A stretch of 64,000 bases of DNA from Octopus vulgaris (GCA_951406725.2 OX597814.1:105958001-106022000), one strand, 5' to 3'; counted from the stretch's first letter, positions 40,865 through 57,042 are shown. A program made the numbers and translations. Notes: a model not told the origin generated them from the letters alone.

Positions 40865-43800
40865 TGCACACAAATATACAAACATACACATAGACACGCA
40901 TGCACGTACACACACACATAATACATACATATATACATACATCCATACATACATAATACAGCTATCTCTCCACATTTAATCATTCCATCTTTGAAAATCG
41001 CTGTATTAAGATCTGAAATGTAAGATCTTTTTCTACTCTGACGATGGAGGTTTATCCTATCCAATGTTGACTGCTTCCATTATGATGGATCTCGGAGCTC
41101 CCAGAAACAGCTGTTGGGCTTACAACACATTTCTTCCACCCATTTATGTCTCTCTGTCGTTTGTACTCTATGTAAGTTGGATTTATTAATATAAACATTC
41201 TATATGTTTATACTAGAATATCCATCGTCTGAAATTCTTCACTCTTTACTTTCTCTCGTTTTGCTTGTATACATATACACACATTCTGTATTTCGTTCAC
41301 AAACTGTTATATTTAATATATCTAATTTGTTTATCCGCATAATTGCCTTTTTATTACATAGATATATATAGATACATGCATACATACATACTGCAAGCAT
41401 GCATGTATACATACATGCATGCATACATACATGCATACACGTATGTATGCATAATACATGCATTCATGCATACATGCATTCATACATACATACATATATA
41501 CATACATACATAATGGGATCACATTACGAAGTCTGAAAAAATCAATCCATAACATTAATAGCTGAGAGGCGAGGTGGCAGAATCGTTAGCACGCTGGGGA
41601 AAATGCTTTAGCGGCATTTCGTCCGTCTTTATGTTGTGAGTTCAAATTCCGCTGAGGTCGACTTTGACACCACTTTTAATTAATACGTAGAATTAACTTC
41701 AGCTAACTCAGGGAAGGATTCTCTAGTTGTCAAATACCTCTAAAGTGACAGCCTCCGCTTTTCCTGCTCGTCACATTCTGAGTGTAAATTCCGCCGAGGT
41801 TGATAAAACTCAATCAACTGGTGTAAATCGTATTGATTTAACTCCTAGCTGTCTAAATCAGAAACAATTATTATTATTATTTGACAATAAGCTAACCAAT
41901 TGCTTGATTCATCGTTCAATCAATCAATCGGTTGGTTTCTCAGAATCCTTTCATCGCCATTCTCGACTTCAACAGCGATGTCCCTCGTTACTCCGTACCG
42001 CTTAGCGCTTTCACTGTATCTTTACTCAACTTTTGATGGTAAACGCAACTTAGACTTCTGTTAAATATACCCATGACTTCCTATCGAATATAACTAAGAC
42101 TTCCGATTAAATATATCTGCTGTATAGTTCATATTAGACTTGTAAACACTAAAGGTTGTTGTTGCTTTAATTTTTTGGGGGTTTTTTTTGTATCGGTAAT
42201 AGTTAAATATATAAAAAGAAAAGAAATAACAAGCAAGAAAGAATATATAAATTGAAAATGAAAAGAGAATCTAAGAAATATTCCAAAGACAAGATTGTCG
42301 CCGAAAATTAAAATATTTAATTGATATGGAAATTTCAGAATTACTTGAAAGAATTTGATTATAATTAAAGGAAAAAAAAAAACATGAGTCGCCTCAAACC
42401 AGACAATGGCGTCGTCGTCGCCATCGCCATCTTCAGCGTTACTGTGTCTTTTCTCCTTCAACCCGTTTCTTAATGAAAGTTAATCTAGCATGGCCTTAAC
42501 TGGATGTGTCCCCGTTTTTCTATTCAACATTATTAATGATTTAAAACGATGTTGTGAAATTTGAAAGCAAAACTAAATTAGTAATTCTATTTGATCTCTC
42601 CACAATTTCATGAGTCGTGAGTTCACCGCACTCTTTTCCTCTGGTCATCATTCGCAAACAAATAAATACCATTATCAAAAGATATCTATACAAAACTTCC
42701 TCACTCTCTCTCTCTCTCTCTCTATCTCTCTCTTTCTCTCTCTCTGTATATATGTGTGTATGAGTGTATGTGTATACGTGTCTGAGTGAATGTGTGTTCG
42801 TGCGTGTGTGTGTGTACGTGTGTGTGCGTGTGTGTATGTATGTGCATGTGTGTGTGTGTGTGTATGTAAATGTGTGTATGTGCGTGTATGTGTGTGCATG
42901 CGTGTGTGTGCGTGTACGTGTGTGTATGTATGTGCGTTTGTGTATGTGCGTGCGTGTGCGTGTGCGTGTGCGTGTGTGTGTGCGTGCGTGTGTGTGTGCG
43001 TGTATGTATATATGTGCGTATGTGTGCGTGCGTACGTGTGCGTGTGTGTGTGTGTGCAGTACAATATATGATATTTGTGCGACAATCTAAATCATTCTAG
43101 CAAAAGATGAACGATCATGAATGAAGGAATCAAAAGACTTTACAGACTCGATACACATCCTTCATAAAAGTTAGCTTCTTGTTCGTTAATCAGCGAATTC
43201 TATATCGCAACCAGTCTTCCTGCTTGTTCCTCTCCTTCCTCCTTTTTCTTTCAATCAGAAATTACAACAGCAATTTTGAAGGGAGTCTCTTGGAGAAGTT
43301 TTTTTTTTCTAGTCATTGCTGTTAGCAGAAGTTCTATCAGATCAACCCCCAGTTTCTAAGTTTTTACGGGTGAGCACCCATCCTCTCTAGCAATATTTAC
43401 TATACGGCAATTTCACCAACAATTAAGAACACTGGTGATGTTTATCACCGCCTTAAAAGTGGATGTAGTGTTAGAGCACAGAATACTGCGTTACTCACCA
43501 TGAGAGGACCTCTTTTATGGCCACGTGGTGCTCTCGTGTTCATATCGTCTGCTACGGCCTCCCGAACTGCCAGATTGCGTAATTTCGCCTTGTTTTTTGG
43601 CTCTTCAGTGACAGACCTTCAGTAGTGGCATAATTACCGAATATCCCGTCAATTATATATGGAACATCAATGTCGGTTTAGGATATAAATACAAATACCT
43701 TTTATACACTACGAGATAAAGATCGCATTTTGGTATCAATACCGTTTCTGTCGTTATCAATTATTTTCCAATAAATCTTCTGCCTCTTTGCGACATCTGT

Positions 43801-44453
43801 GTCTAAATAGACAATGATATTCGATATATATTGATGACGGGAAATTCGATTGTTATGTCGTTACTGGACCGGCATTTAAGTCACCCCAGATGCATCAGAA
43901 GGGATAATTTCTAGGATCGGGTGGCTGGACAGGAAGTTGGTTGCACTTTTTTGTGTGGATGTCGAAGGGACTTGGAGGTCGACACACACGCATCACACAC
44001 ACATCACACACACACACATCACACACACACATCATACACACACACATACATTACACACACATGAACTCATACATCCGGTATATATACACACACCATCACC
44101 AGCTATACACACCAAGGTACACGCAGCCCTAAGATTTTCTCTTTTCTACTGCATATGGTGTCGCTGAAATGCCGATCTCGCTTCTCACAATACTTACTAT
44201 GTGGCACATCTTGACCAATTTGCAGTGGCCAACTTGGATTCCCTGTATCTCTTCATTCGGTAGACTGAGCTTCAATGAGCTAGGTCTCTGATAGAAACCT
44301 GCGAAACTTTAAGTCTCATGTAGCCGAATCAAACCGTTTTAAATAATAATATATATAACACCTACTAAAAATTTTTTCTTTAGTTTGTTCTCTCTCTCTC
44401 TCTGAATACATATATACACACACATATATATATATAAATACATATATATATAC

Positions 44454-44484
<31 letters not shown>

Positions 44485-44645
44485 AATACATATATATATA
44501 CATATATATACACATATATAGCCTGGGGCTAAATGCATCAGTAACACCCCCACCACCCCGCCCTGTCCCTAGCCACATTCAGATGGCTGATGCCCCTTAT
44601 GTTATAGAGCAGTTACTGTTTATATCTCGTTTAGAGATTTATTAT

Positions 44646-44702
<57 letters not shown>

Positions 44703-44840
44703 GTATATGTATATGCATATATATATATATATCTGTATATATATATGTATATATATATATATATATACATATATATATAGATATATATATGCATATATAT
44801 ATGCATATACATATACATATACATATATATGTATATATAT

Positions 44841-44926
<86 letters not shown>

Positions 44927-45694
44927 GCATACAGAGCGTTCTTAGATATTTACTAGATATATTCTTGTGATGGAAATATTGTATGAAAATTGAAGCAGAG
45001 TTGAAATAGGTTTTACTGTGAATATTCCACGTTGCTTTATTGAGCAATATGGAGGATGTGGCAGGAGAATCTCCTTACAACTGCCGTTTCATGACTATAC
45101 CTGCAATGCTATAACAGGTTCAATTGAAAGCCGTGCTAAACGGCTTCTAATACTAGAGATACAGTTCTATATGGCACGTTCAAATTACTACCTTTGTATC
45201 CTTTAGCTTTCTTCCCCGTGGGGTCATTTATGTCAGTACTACTCATATCCTGAGATCAGTTCAAGAAACTATTCTATGCCTTTCAAACTGTTTGATCTGG
45301 CACCAATGTGAGAATTTATAATTTCTGTTATCAATTGTAATTGTTTGGTAGAAAAAAAACCTTGGTCTATTTGTGGGGTTTCACTTTCTTCCAATAAAGC
45401 GTCCTGGATAGGGGCTGGTCCCATGAATCTTTTATCTTTTATTTGTTTCAATCATTAGACAGTGGGCATCATGGGGTACCGCCGCAAAATTATTTTACTC
45501 GAAGACATCAACCCCAGCACCTATTGTCATGTTTTTAAGCCTGGTACTTATTCTATCCGTGTCTATGGTCGAACCGCAAAGTCACAGAGACGTATACACA
45601 CCAGCACTGGTTGTCGAAAAATGGTGTAAGGACAGACACAGACACAAAAGCACGGGCACACACACGCACACACACACACACACGTATATATATA

Positions 45695-45766
<72 letters not shown>

Positions 45767-45767
45767 G

Positions 45768-45868
<101 letters not shown>

Positions 45869-45912
45869 ATATTATATTATACTATATCATATATATAAAT
45901 ATATATATATAT

Positions 45913-47187
<1,275 letters not shown>

Positions 47188-47463
47188 GTAAGCAGAGTTA
47201 GTGGTTAAAGTATAAAATATCCGTATCCGTTACCTGTAATATCCCCGAGCGATGGTGCGCAGATACATCATACACGTAGAGTGCAGAGAGCAACAGGATA
47301 AAGAAGAGTTTATCAGAAACCAATGCAAATAATTAGAAAATGGAGAAACCATACATTAACCAACACATCGAGTGGACCACATTTATAGCACTTTCTTTAA
47401 TACAAAGCATGACATAACAGATCCTACAGCCGTTTCTAATCAGATTGCCAGAATGCATTCTAT

Positions 47464-47588
<125 letters not shown>

Positions 47589-48375
47589 ACGGGCCTCTTT
47601 CAGATTTCGTCGACTAAATCCACTCACGAGGCTATAGTAGAAGACACATGTCCGAGGTGCAACGTAGTGAGACTGAACCTGGCGGTATCATGTGTTTGAG
47701 AAACAAACTTCTTACCACACAGCCACTTTTTACGTCCGAGAAAAATTTGTGAAGCTCACCCTCGTCACCGCTCTCAACGAATTGGGCAATCCGGTCGGTG
47801 GAATTTGTACGTTGGCACTATATAGAGATCTCCGTGCTGGGTAAGAGTGATGACATTTTCAGGGAAACTCTAGGCTTACGCGGCCGAATTAATTAGTTTT
47901 ATTCGGAAGATATTCGATCAGGGGACCACCATGGATAACTAACAAGAAATCCCTGGCATGGCACTGCTACAGTGAGCTACTTCCGGTACAAGATGAACAC
48001 TACAAGCACTGCTAAGCGTGACTCTTTGAGATGCACGCTGACGATGACAGAATAGAGGCACAATCTACCTCGGTGACATTTAAAATCAGAGAAAAAAGAA
48101 TCAGATCGAATACGTCAAGGCTATGTATCGAACACGCGATCGATTCTGTAAATTGCCCGCCTTATATTAGAACATATTGGGGGTAAAGATTAAAATAGGA
48201 TGACCGAAACAAGTGAACAAACGATGAAAGATGTATGCATATAACACACACACACACACACACACATATATGATAATATTATATAGTTATACAATTATAT
48301 AATATATTTATCTGTATTGTATATTTAATTTTATATACTATAGCTATATGTATATACTATACATTAAATAATATA

Positions 48376-48433
<58 letters not shown>

Positions 48434-48434
<1 letters not shown>

Positions 48435-48830
48435 TGGCTGTGTGGTAAGTAGCTTGTTTACCAACCACATGGTTCCGGGTTCAGTCCCACTGCGTGGCAC
48501 CTTGGGCAAGCGGTTCTGCTATAGCCTCGGGCGGACCGAAGCCTTGTGAGTGGATATGGTAGACGGAAACTGAAAGAAGCCCGTCGTATATATGTATATA
48601 TATATATGTGTGTTTGTTTGTGTGTCTGTGTTTGTCCCCCTAGCATTGCTTGACAACCGATGCTGGTGTGTTTATGTCCCCGTTACTTAGCGGTTCGGCA
48701 AAAAGAGACCGATAGAATAAGTACTGGGCTTACAAAAAGAATAAGTCCCGGGGTCGAGTTGCTTGATTAAAGGCGGTGCTCCAGCATGGCCGCAGTCAAA
48801 TGACTTAAACAAGTAAAAGAGTAAAAGAGT
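48434..48830 (+). mobile_element. Full-length tRNA-derived SINE family B in (TA)n; partial copies at about 4880-5055, 13790-13985, 22400-22617, 45430-45650, 47588-47725 and 57135-57290
   Basis: A box tggctgtgtggtaag, B-box-like ggttcagtccc, internal TA/TG microsatellite and a (gtaaaaga)2 tail. Confidence 0.88.
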
Positions 48831-50591
48831 ATATATATATATATGTAAATTATATTAAATATTGTATTTTATATTATGTATTTAATAATATTATATGCTA
48901 TAGTTATTTATATATATTATAATAATCTTCTATACGATTTAATATTGAGGGAATTCAAAGCCAAAAGTCGATGACTGCCGCCATTTTGACATTCGATATG
49001 AATAATTCCGCCTGAATATAATTAAGAATACCAATGTCAGGCGTTGATTAATGCGTTTAGAACAAGAATGGTTTAATAACTTGATTAGTGTGGCGTTTAA
49101 GATTCTGTTGTTGTTGTTGTTGTTGTTGTTGCTCTTACAATCGTTGTTTAGTTACGGATGAACCATATTAAGAAGAGTTGAGATCAAGGACGTTCCAACT
49201 GTGACTACCTTGTCCTCTCCACTGATAACGTCTGTGGGACTGTATTCGCCCTCAATTCAAATAGTTTGGTGCGACTCGAAGTAGAGTGAGGAACAGTGGG
49301 AAAGACAGAGACAGAGCGAATGAGAGAGGGAGGGAAAGAGATGGATAAAGAGATAGACATAGAGAGAGGGGGAGAGAGAGAGAGGGGGGAATTGAAAGAG
49401 ATGGACGGGGTGAGAGATAGGGACAAACAGAAAGAGTGAGGGAGAGTGAGCGTTTAATGGAAAAGAAGGAGGCAACTTTAGTATTTGACTGTTATTGTAT
49501 TAACAGACTGACCCTGAAGTTAAATCGGCTACGGCGGAATTTGAACGCAGCGAGCAGAGAGTCTTGAGAAATAACACAAGGCATTCCTTCTCGATGCTCT
49601 ACCATTTCCAGAAAAAATCGGCTGCTTTAGTGAGGAAACATCAGACTGGACAGCATGGAAGCGACAGAGACAATGTCTGCCGTTAAAGTCAGACTCCTTC
49701 AAAGAAACCGTGTCAAATATGGCGGCAGTCATAGTAAAAGAGAACACAACTGGAGGCTCTCGTTACTATTAAATAGTAAACCAATGCTATGCTCAGGTGT
49801 TCCGGAAGTGCGTGGAAAATTTGCGGAAGTAAATATCATACGGACGATGAAAAAGTGAACCGTTTTAAGTATCTACAGGAGACCAATTCTAAAAGAGTAG
49901 CAAAAGTACATTTATTTTGTTGGCTTGGAGGTTTGACCTTTCATCTTCAGACGAAGTCGCAGACGTCCTGTGATAGTCTCGAGTTTCTTTAGAATATTTT
50001 GGTTCCCTTGGCAACAGAACCTGAACAAAGATTCGGTACATTGAGAGCCGACAGTTTTATTGATAATAGCTACATTGACAGTAGCAACAACAACAAAAAC
50101 ATCGACGACGATCAGACCGGTAACAACAATGACAAAACAATAACAACAACAACAAACACAAACAGAATCAACGTATGTCAACTGTTTCAGTGCTTTTCAA
50201 TTTTAGGACAGCGGTTGCCGAGTCGTGTAAAGGAAGCACAGCAAACACTACATGCACAGACAGAGACACACCACAAACACACACATCACAAACACACACA
50301 CCACACAAACACACTTACCATAAACACATACAAACCACACAAACACATACACATCACACAAACACACACAGACACAAACACATGCACACACACACACACA
50401 CACACAAACACATGCACACACAGAAACACATACATACATGCACACACACAAACACACACACACAGAAACACATACACACACACCAACACAACACACACAC
50501 AAAAACATGCACACACTGGCACACACATCACATAAACACACACACAAACACACATACACACACAAATAGATAGACAGATAGATAGATAGAC

Positions 50592-50670
<79 letters not shown>

Positions 50671-50698
50671 CAGACAGATAGACAGATAGATATATAGA

Positions 50699-50838
<140 letters not shown>

Positions 50839-50897
50839 CATAAACATACACAAACACAAACAAGCAAGTACATAAACACACACAGTCACACCCCGCA

Positions 50898-50938
<41 letters not shown>

Positions 50939-50999
50939 TTGTCTGCACGAGCGAAGGTAAAGTGCACTGATTACATAAAATAGAGCTTTAGGTAAAGAG

Positions 51000-52235
51000 A
51001 AATTGATGTTTTCAAAATTAAGATAAACAAAATTCTTTTTTTAATCTAAAATATACTCTCCTTCATTTTCTACAATGCTCTTCCACCTCTCTGGTAGACT
51101 TCCAAGGGCCCTCTTCCAAAATTCACTTGTCCCTGACGAAAAATACTCCTCCAGTACTGTTCTGACCTCGTCTAAAGAATTCATATTTTTGCTGTCCAAA
51201 TGATTTTAAAGACTGCAGAATAAATGATAATCAGATGGGGCAATGCTCGGTCAATATGGTGGGTGGGGCATCGTCTCCCATTGAAACTGCCCCAGCTTTT
51301 GGAATGTCATCCTCGCTGAATGTGGCCAAGCATTATCCTCATCGAAGAACACCTTTTGTCTTGAAACCAAAAATAGTCGTTTTTCTTCTAGCGTTCAAGC
51401 TGCTCTCGGTAGATCTTTGTTGTTGTGTAGTTTGGGTTTAAAAGTTCAAAGTGGACTAAACCTTCCACATCTCACCAAACAGTTAACACCTTACGTTGGG
51501 AAAGACCTTCTTTAGCCTGGGGTGCCGGTGTTTCTCCTTTCTCTGCTCACTATCTTCGGCGCTTGACATTTTTACAGAGGGCCCATTTCTCGTCACCAGT
51601 CACTATTCTGTCCAAAAAAGGTTCATTCGTGAGACGAGACAGCAAAGAATAGCACGTATTCACTCACTGCTCTCGATTAGACTTGGAAAGTTTGTGAGGA
51701 ATTCATTGACACAATTTGCTGACTTTTCCGATGGCACGCAGGTGTCGATGAATGGCTGAACGACCAAATCCAAGCTTCTGTGTTTGTTCCTCAACAGTTA
51801 CAATGGGATTTTTTTTCACCAGGGTTTGCAGGACTTCCTTGTTGAGCATACAGATCTTCTAGAACAAGGCTTGTCTTCTAGGCTGTAGTTTCTGGCTTGG
51901 AATTTCTGGAACCACTATTGACACTAGCTTACACTTATTGTCCGATCCCCATATAGCCATTAATATTCATCGCACTTCCCGTTGCGTCGTTGCCTCTTTA
52001 TTGAACTCATAAAGCAAAATATACCAAATGTGCTCCTTTATCACTTCCATTATAGCTTAAAAAAAAAACAACTGTTAAAATCGAACTGCACTCTTAGAGT
52101 CATGCACGAAGAATAAGTACAAGGTAAAATTACTACCTGCTTTTATAGCAAGTTGATGCAGGTAGTTTATTCCACCCCCAGCCGACTTTTAGTTCATGCA
52201 ATTGAAAAACCGCATTATATATAGGATGACCCAAC
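51000..52235 (-). mobile_element. Decayed mariner transposon (transposase pseudogene plus one TIR)
   Basis: Minus strand gives RIVTGDEKW, DNAWPH, HPPY*PSIAPSDYHLF and LPERWKSIVENEGEY*. TIR-like ggatgacccaac followed by a TA run at about 52235. Confidence 0.88.
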
Positions 52236-52250
52236 ATATATGTATGTGTC

Positions 52251-52360
<110 letters not shown>

Positions 52361-52700
52361 GTGTGTTGTAAAATTCCTGATTCAAAACTGATTTAAAATA
52401 TCAAAATTTAAAAGCATAAACGTAAAACTGTCTAACGATCGTCATTGAATGATTTTTCTGAACAGAGAAGGAAAGAGAGAGAGAGAGAGGGGGAGTAAAG
52501 AGAGAGGAATAATTAGTTGGTGCTTGATAGGAACAAATGTTAGATTTTGTATCCATTTAATGAGGCATGAAGAGAAAATGCTGAAGACTAAACATTGGTT
52601 GAGAGGTTTGACCTTTCGTGACATAGTGAAGTTTAATGGAGGATTGTGTGACGGGGTTATACGAGTGTACTCCCTCACCTGGACATTAGTACCATTCATA

Positions 52701-52773
<73 letters not shown>

Positions 52774-52817
52774 GGGCACAGAGGCTCGCATACACACACA
52801 CACAAACACACACACGG

Positions 52818-53424
52818 GGGCACAGATGCTCGCAGACATACAGCTACAAACACAGACACTCATACAGCCATGTGCGAGTATATATGCATACAGAGCTTAG
52901 GACACACATATACATGCACATACACACTTAGTACTTATACAGTCATGCACAGACATATATATATATATATATATATACACATGCACATACACATACATAT
53001 ATTCAGGCAAAATCACGCGAACACACACACAAAAGAACACAAGCAGCGGCATAGAAAGGCAAATACCAAGAAACTCACAAACGCTTACAAAACATTCACA
53101 TGCAAATTGATACACAAAAACACTTTAACAACACATATGAACAAACACACACATTTATACACATATACACCACTAAACACACACACTCACTATCGACATA
53201 TGCACACGGACATACGCACGCGCACACACACACACTCACACATCTATAATGGAAACAGTTGCTGATACGACATTTTCCCTTTTACCACTCTTCAGAGCCT
53301 CGGCCATGTTTTACTCAATTTTTATTTAATTTCTTTGAGCGATGTCACTATATACTTACGTGTGTGTGTGTTCTTGTGTAAGGGCTTTTGTTTGAATATA
53401 TGTATGTGTGTGTGCATGTGTATG

Positions 53425-53466
<42 letters not shown>

Positions 53467-53606
53467 TCTGTGCCTGACTGTACAATCATTTAAGTGTGTA
53501 TGTATATGTGTGTCCTAAGCTCTGTATGTATATACACTCACATATAGCTGTATGAGTGTCTGCGTCTGTATCTGTATGACTGTGTATGCCTGCGAGCCTA
53601 GTGCCC
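52818..53606. repeat. Local inverted duplication with arms about 52818-52954 and 53466-53606
   Basis: gggcac...ctcgca...cagacactcatacagc...cagagcttaggacacac...cagtcatgcacagac is mirrored in 53466-53606. Confidence 0.75.
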
Positions 53607-54079
53607 TTATGTGTGTGTGTGTGTGTGTGTACGTACATACGTATTGTTCTGAAATAAAACACGTAAGTATTACGCGTCCATACACATACGTGCATAAATA
53701 TAGAATACATGCAAGCACATGGACGCAGAGATATTTCCATGCACAGACATATATGTCCTACCAAAAGCATTTGTCGATTGTAAACACAACTGGCAGGACA
53801 TCGTTATTTGGGACTGACAAGAAAACGTATATAACGTCAAAGAGGTCAGCCTTTCCTGTCCATGTAAATAACTCTTCGAAAATCTAATCGAAGAGAAAGA
53901 AGATAATTGTGGACAACTGCTTCGAATCCCCCAAATCTAGTGCACATGGTTTTGTGAGTAAAGGCCTAGATAACAATCTGGACCCGCCAGCTAATTCACA
54001 CAGATACAACCTGTAAGTGGAAGAGTAAAAATATGCAAGGCTTCGTAAAATTCAATGGTAAGTTTTTTTTCATCTATAT

Positions 54080-54333
54080 AAGGGATTCTCAACTACTTTT
54101 CGCCCTGTGAACCCCTTTGATTTCTACTTTTTTTTCAGGTGGATCTTCATAGACATTCAACGTTGAAAAAGTCCCCTTATATTTTGTAAATTAAATATTA
54201 TCAGGAACTGAATAAAAACATAAATAAAAACAATTGTGCATTGTATAATCAGTTTATTGTTCATAAATTTCAACAAAAACATTTTCTATGGACCCATAAA
54301 AAGGGTCATATGGACGACGGTTGAGAACCACTG
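54080..54333. mobile_element. hAT (Charlie/MER5-like) MITE, 254 bp, with 8-bp TSD
   Basis: TIRs aagggattctcaac and gttgagaaccactg. TSD atctatat (54072-54079) and atttatat (54334-54341). Confidence 0.8.
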
Positions 54334-55144
54334 ATTTATATGCTGGCTGTTATTTCTAGACGGTGGGGCGACCGCATTGAGATTTTTTGTGGTTGGTTCC
54401 GGTTATTGTTTTCTCGTATTTAATTTTATAAGGAGTGGTGGTAGGAGGAGAAAAAAGACGGGGAAAGGGAAGAGGATCAGGCAAAAGAAAATGGCTAAAA
54501 TGAATAAAAATATTCATAAATGAAAAACTGGTCATTATTGATGGTTGATGCCATTATTGGCATTAAAAATGTTTAAAAGGTTAAAGGGCAAAGAAGGTTA
54601 ATTGATTTGTGTAACAGTCGGTGGGTTGGTAGCAGCAGCAATAGCAGCAGTAGTAGTAGTAGAAGAGGTAGTGCTGGTGGTGGTAGGCGTGGTCGGGGTC
54701 ATGGTGGTGCTGGTAGTAGTAGTAGTCGTGGTCGTTGGTGGTTGTAGTAGTAATAGTGGTGGTGGTGGTGGTGATCGTCGTTGTCGTCGTCGTAGTAGTA
54801 GTAGTGGTAGTTGTAGTGGTCGTGGTGCTCGTAGTAGTAGTAGTAGTAGTAGTAGTAGATAAAAAACGGCACCAACAATAATACGAGGAAGGTGGAGATA
54901 AGATGGCGATAGACAGGGAAAGAGGGATGAAGGGTTAAAAATTAAAAGGAAAAGAAAAATAGGGATAAAATATCTTTACTGATTTCAGCAGAAATTATAT
55001 CGGTCCCAAGAATTTGACTGGTACGTTATTTTATTGACCCCAAACCGATGAAAAGACAAAGTCGAAGTAGGTAAGGAACCGGAAGAAATGCCGCGAAGCA
55101 TTTTGACCGGCGCAGCAACGATTCTGCCAGTTCATTCTTAGATG

Positions 55145-55205
<61 letters not shown>

Positions 55206-55209
55206 TAAT

Positions 55210-55647
55210 CATGTGCTCGATGCCACAGATTTGCTTGTCAGTTGTTTGACTTTAAACAGTCGAGCATGTCCCTTGGTAGCTGACAATATGTGCCTCTTTG
55301 ATCACGAGCAGAAGTAGTGGGGGGAGCATCATAGCCATGTGTTGAGAGGGATTCTTTGGGGTATGGATAATTCACCTTCGGAAATATGTGTGTTTTATTC
55401 AACATTCTTAAACAACTCTTATTCAGGAACCGTTTGAGTGGGACGGGCTACTCAACCTGAAGAAAATTCTAACTGGACCCCACCTGCAAGGTCATACGCT
55501 GTTTTCCTTGATATATGTGCGCACACATGGTTGCAATTCATGTGCTTGGTGTACCCTCATCAGACGGGTAGCCATGATTGGTATACTGGGCTTCACATAT
55601 TTTACCCCAGTGTCATTTTGATGTCATGCACTGCTCTCTCACTCAAT
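55210..55647. mobile_element. Second copy of the (TAA)n-associated repeat at 18897-19340
   Basis: Shared blocks and the identical terminus gcactgctctctcactcaat; contains ~120 bp absent from the first copy. Confidence 0.75.
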
Positions 55648-55682
55648 AATGATAATAACAATCACATATATATATATATATA

Positions 55683-56820
55683 GGAGGAATTACAACCGTG
55701 TTTCGTGGTCTGCTATCACAACAGCTCCTTTATAGGATCTAGTTAGCTTAAGACATCATCAGGAGGAACCACGTCCGGTTTCGGCCCCTACTCCTCTACC
55801 GTTTTGACGTGGCTGGGTCCTCCCTTTCGGAGGTGTCTTCAGCTCTGGTGTTGGGTGCATGGCTTCTTTGTTCTTTCTTCTGTTCCCTGGCCTCTTCGAT
55901 GTAGCGAGAACGAGTGTCAGCGGGCGACTGACTGACTTGTCAAATTTTCCCCTTTAAATATCTGTCGCTAGACTCCAGCAGGCAGTCCCAGCAAGTTGTC
56001 ACGTGACACTGTCTCACCTTAAATGACTAGTGAAGGCGCGTAGTTTTAGCCCGCGCATTTTCTAAACAACCGTCACCTGTCAGTCAGCGAAGCTGACCAG
56101 TTTCAGCTTGTCTCACCTAATGTTGTTATTTCCAGGCGGCATGTTTATGACTTTCAAGCCATTTTCGGTCTTCCCGCTTCAGCCATATATAGAAGCTGGC
56201 TTTTTTTACCTCCTCCTGTACTCTCCTTATTAGTTTTCGCAGCTCGGAGCTAGAAAAAAACAAATCTTCTTTTGAATAGCGTTGTCATTTTTCTTTCAAT
56301 GAAGCCTCTAGCCCCTACTGCCAGGTGGTAATACGCGACATTCCATCCTTGTTCTCTGCACTCTTCGATTAGTTTTTCGTACCTCTTCTTTCGTTCCTCT
56401 GCATTGCTGATGTTCTCTTCCCATGGCACTGTCAGCTCTAACAAAATTCCTATTTTCCGTTCTCTGTTTCATAGGACTAAATCTGGTCTTTTTGTCGTTT
56501 TTATTAGTGGAAATATAACTTGTCTTTCCAAATCCGTGGCCACCTCCCAGTATCCCTTCCATCTTTCGTCTATCTCGTATATTTTACTTGTAGACCTGGT
56601 TTTATATCCTTTTCCCTCCTTGTGGAAGTATTCTTTCCTGCGCTTTTCTACTTTTGGGTACTATCCCCTATTGTATCTCTCGATCTTCTCCTTGAGTGCT
56701 GCACCTATGATGCCGAGGACTTGATTATGCCGCCATGTATATCTTTCTAGTGCTAGTCTGCAATTTGACAGAACATGTCTAACCGTCACTTTCTCTCCGC
56801 ATCTACACTCATCGGTAGTT
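55683..56820 (-). mobile_element. HERO-like RLE non-LTR retrotransposon, 3' part (pseudogenised ORF about 56820-56150 plus 3' UTR)
   Basis: CRCGEKVTVRHVLSNC..RYTWRHNQVL..KRPDLVL..LLELTVPWEE..K.RY..VGARGF..SFYIWLKR with stops and frameshifts. Confidence 0.88.
55745..55844 (-). ncRNA. Putative non-circularly permuted hammerhead ribozyme in HERO-like 3' UTR (copy 1)
   Basis: ccacguc-aaaa-cggU-A-gagga-gua-ggggcc-GAA-accg-gacgugg-u-uccuc-CUGAUGA, enclosed by agcugaagaca/ugucuuaagcu. Predicted cut between 55797 and 55796. Confidence 0.6.
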
Positions 56821-56954
56821 TGTATGTATGTATGTATGTATGTATGTATGTATGTATGTATGTATGTATGTATGTATGTATGTATGTATGTATGTATGTA
56901 TGTATGTATGTATGTATGCATGTAAGTATGTATGCATGTATGTACGTATGTATG

Positions 56955-57042
<88 letters not shown>

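Noticed and set aside
43490-43620. Possible minus-strand exon ending in a good donor (ATG|gtgagtaa)
   Set aside because: Only a short open frame, no clear acceptor and no recognisable peptide.
55690-55765. Alternative canonical type I HHR using CUGAUGA with downstream GAAACACGGUUGUA in the HERO UTR
   Set aside because: Helix I cannot form and the GUA is not conserved in the 20760 copy, whereas the permuted pairing is conserved.
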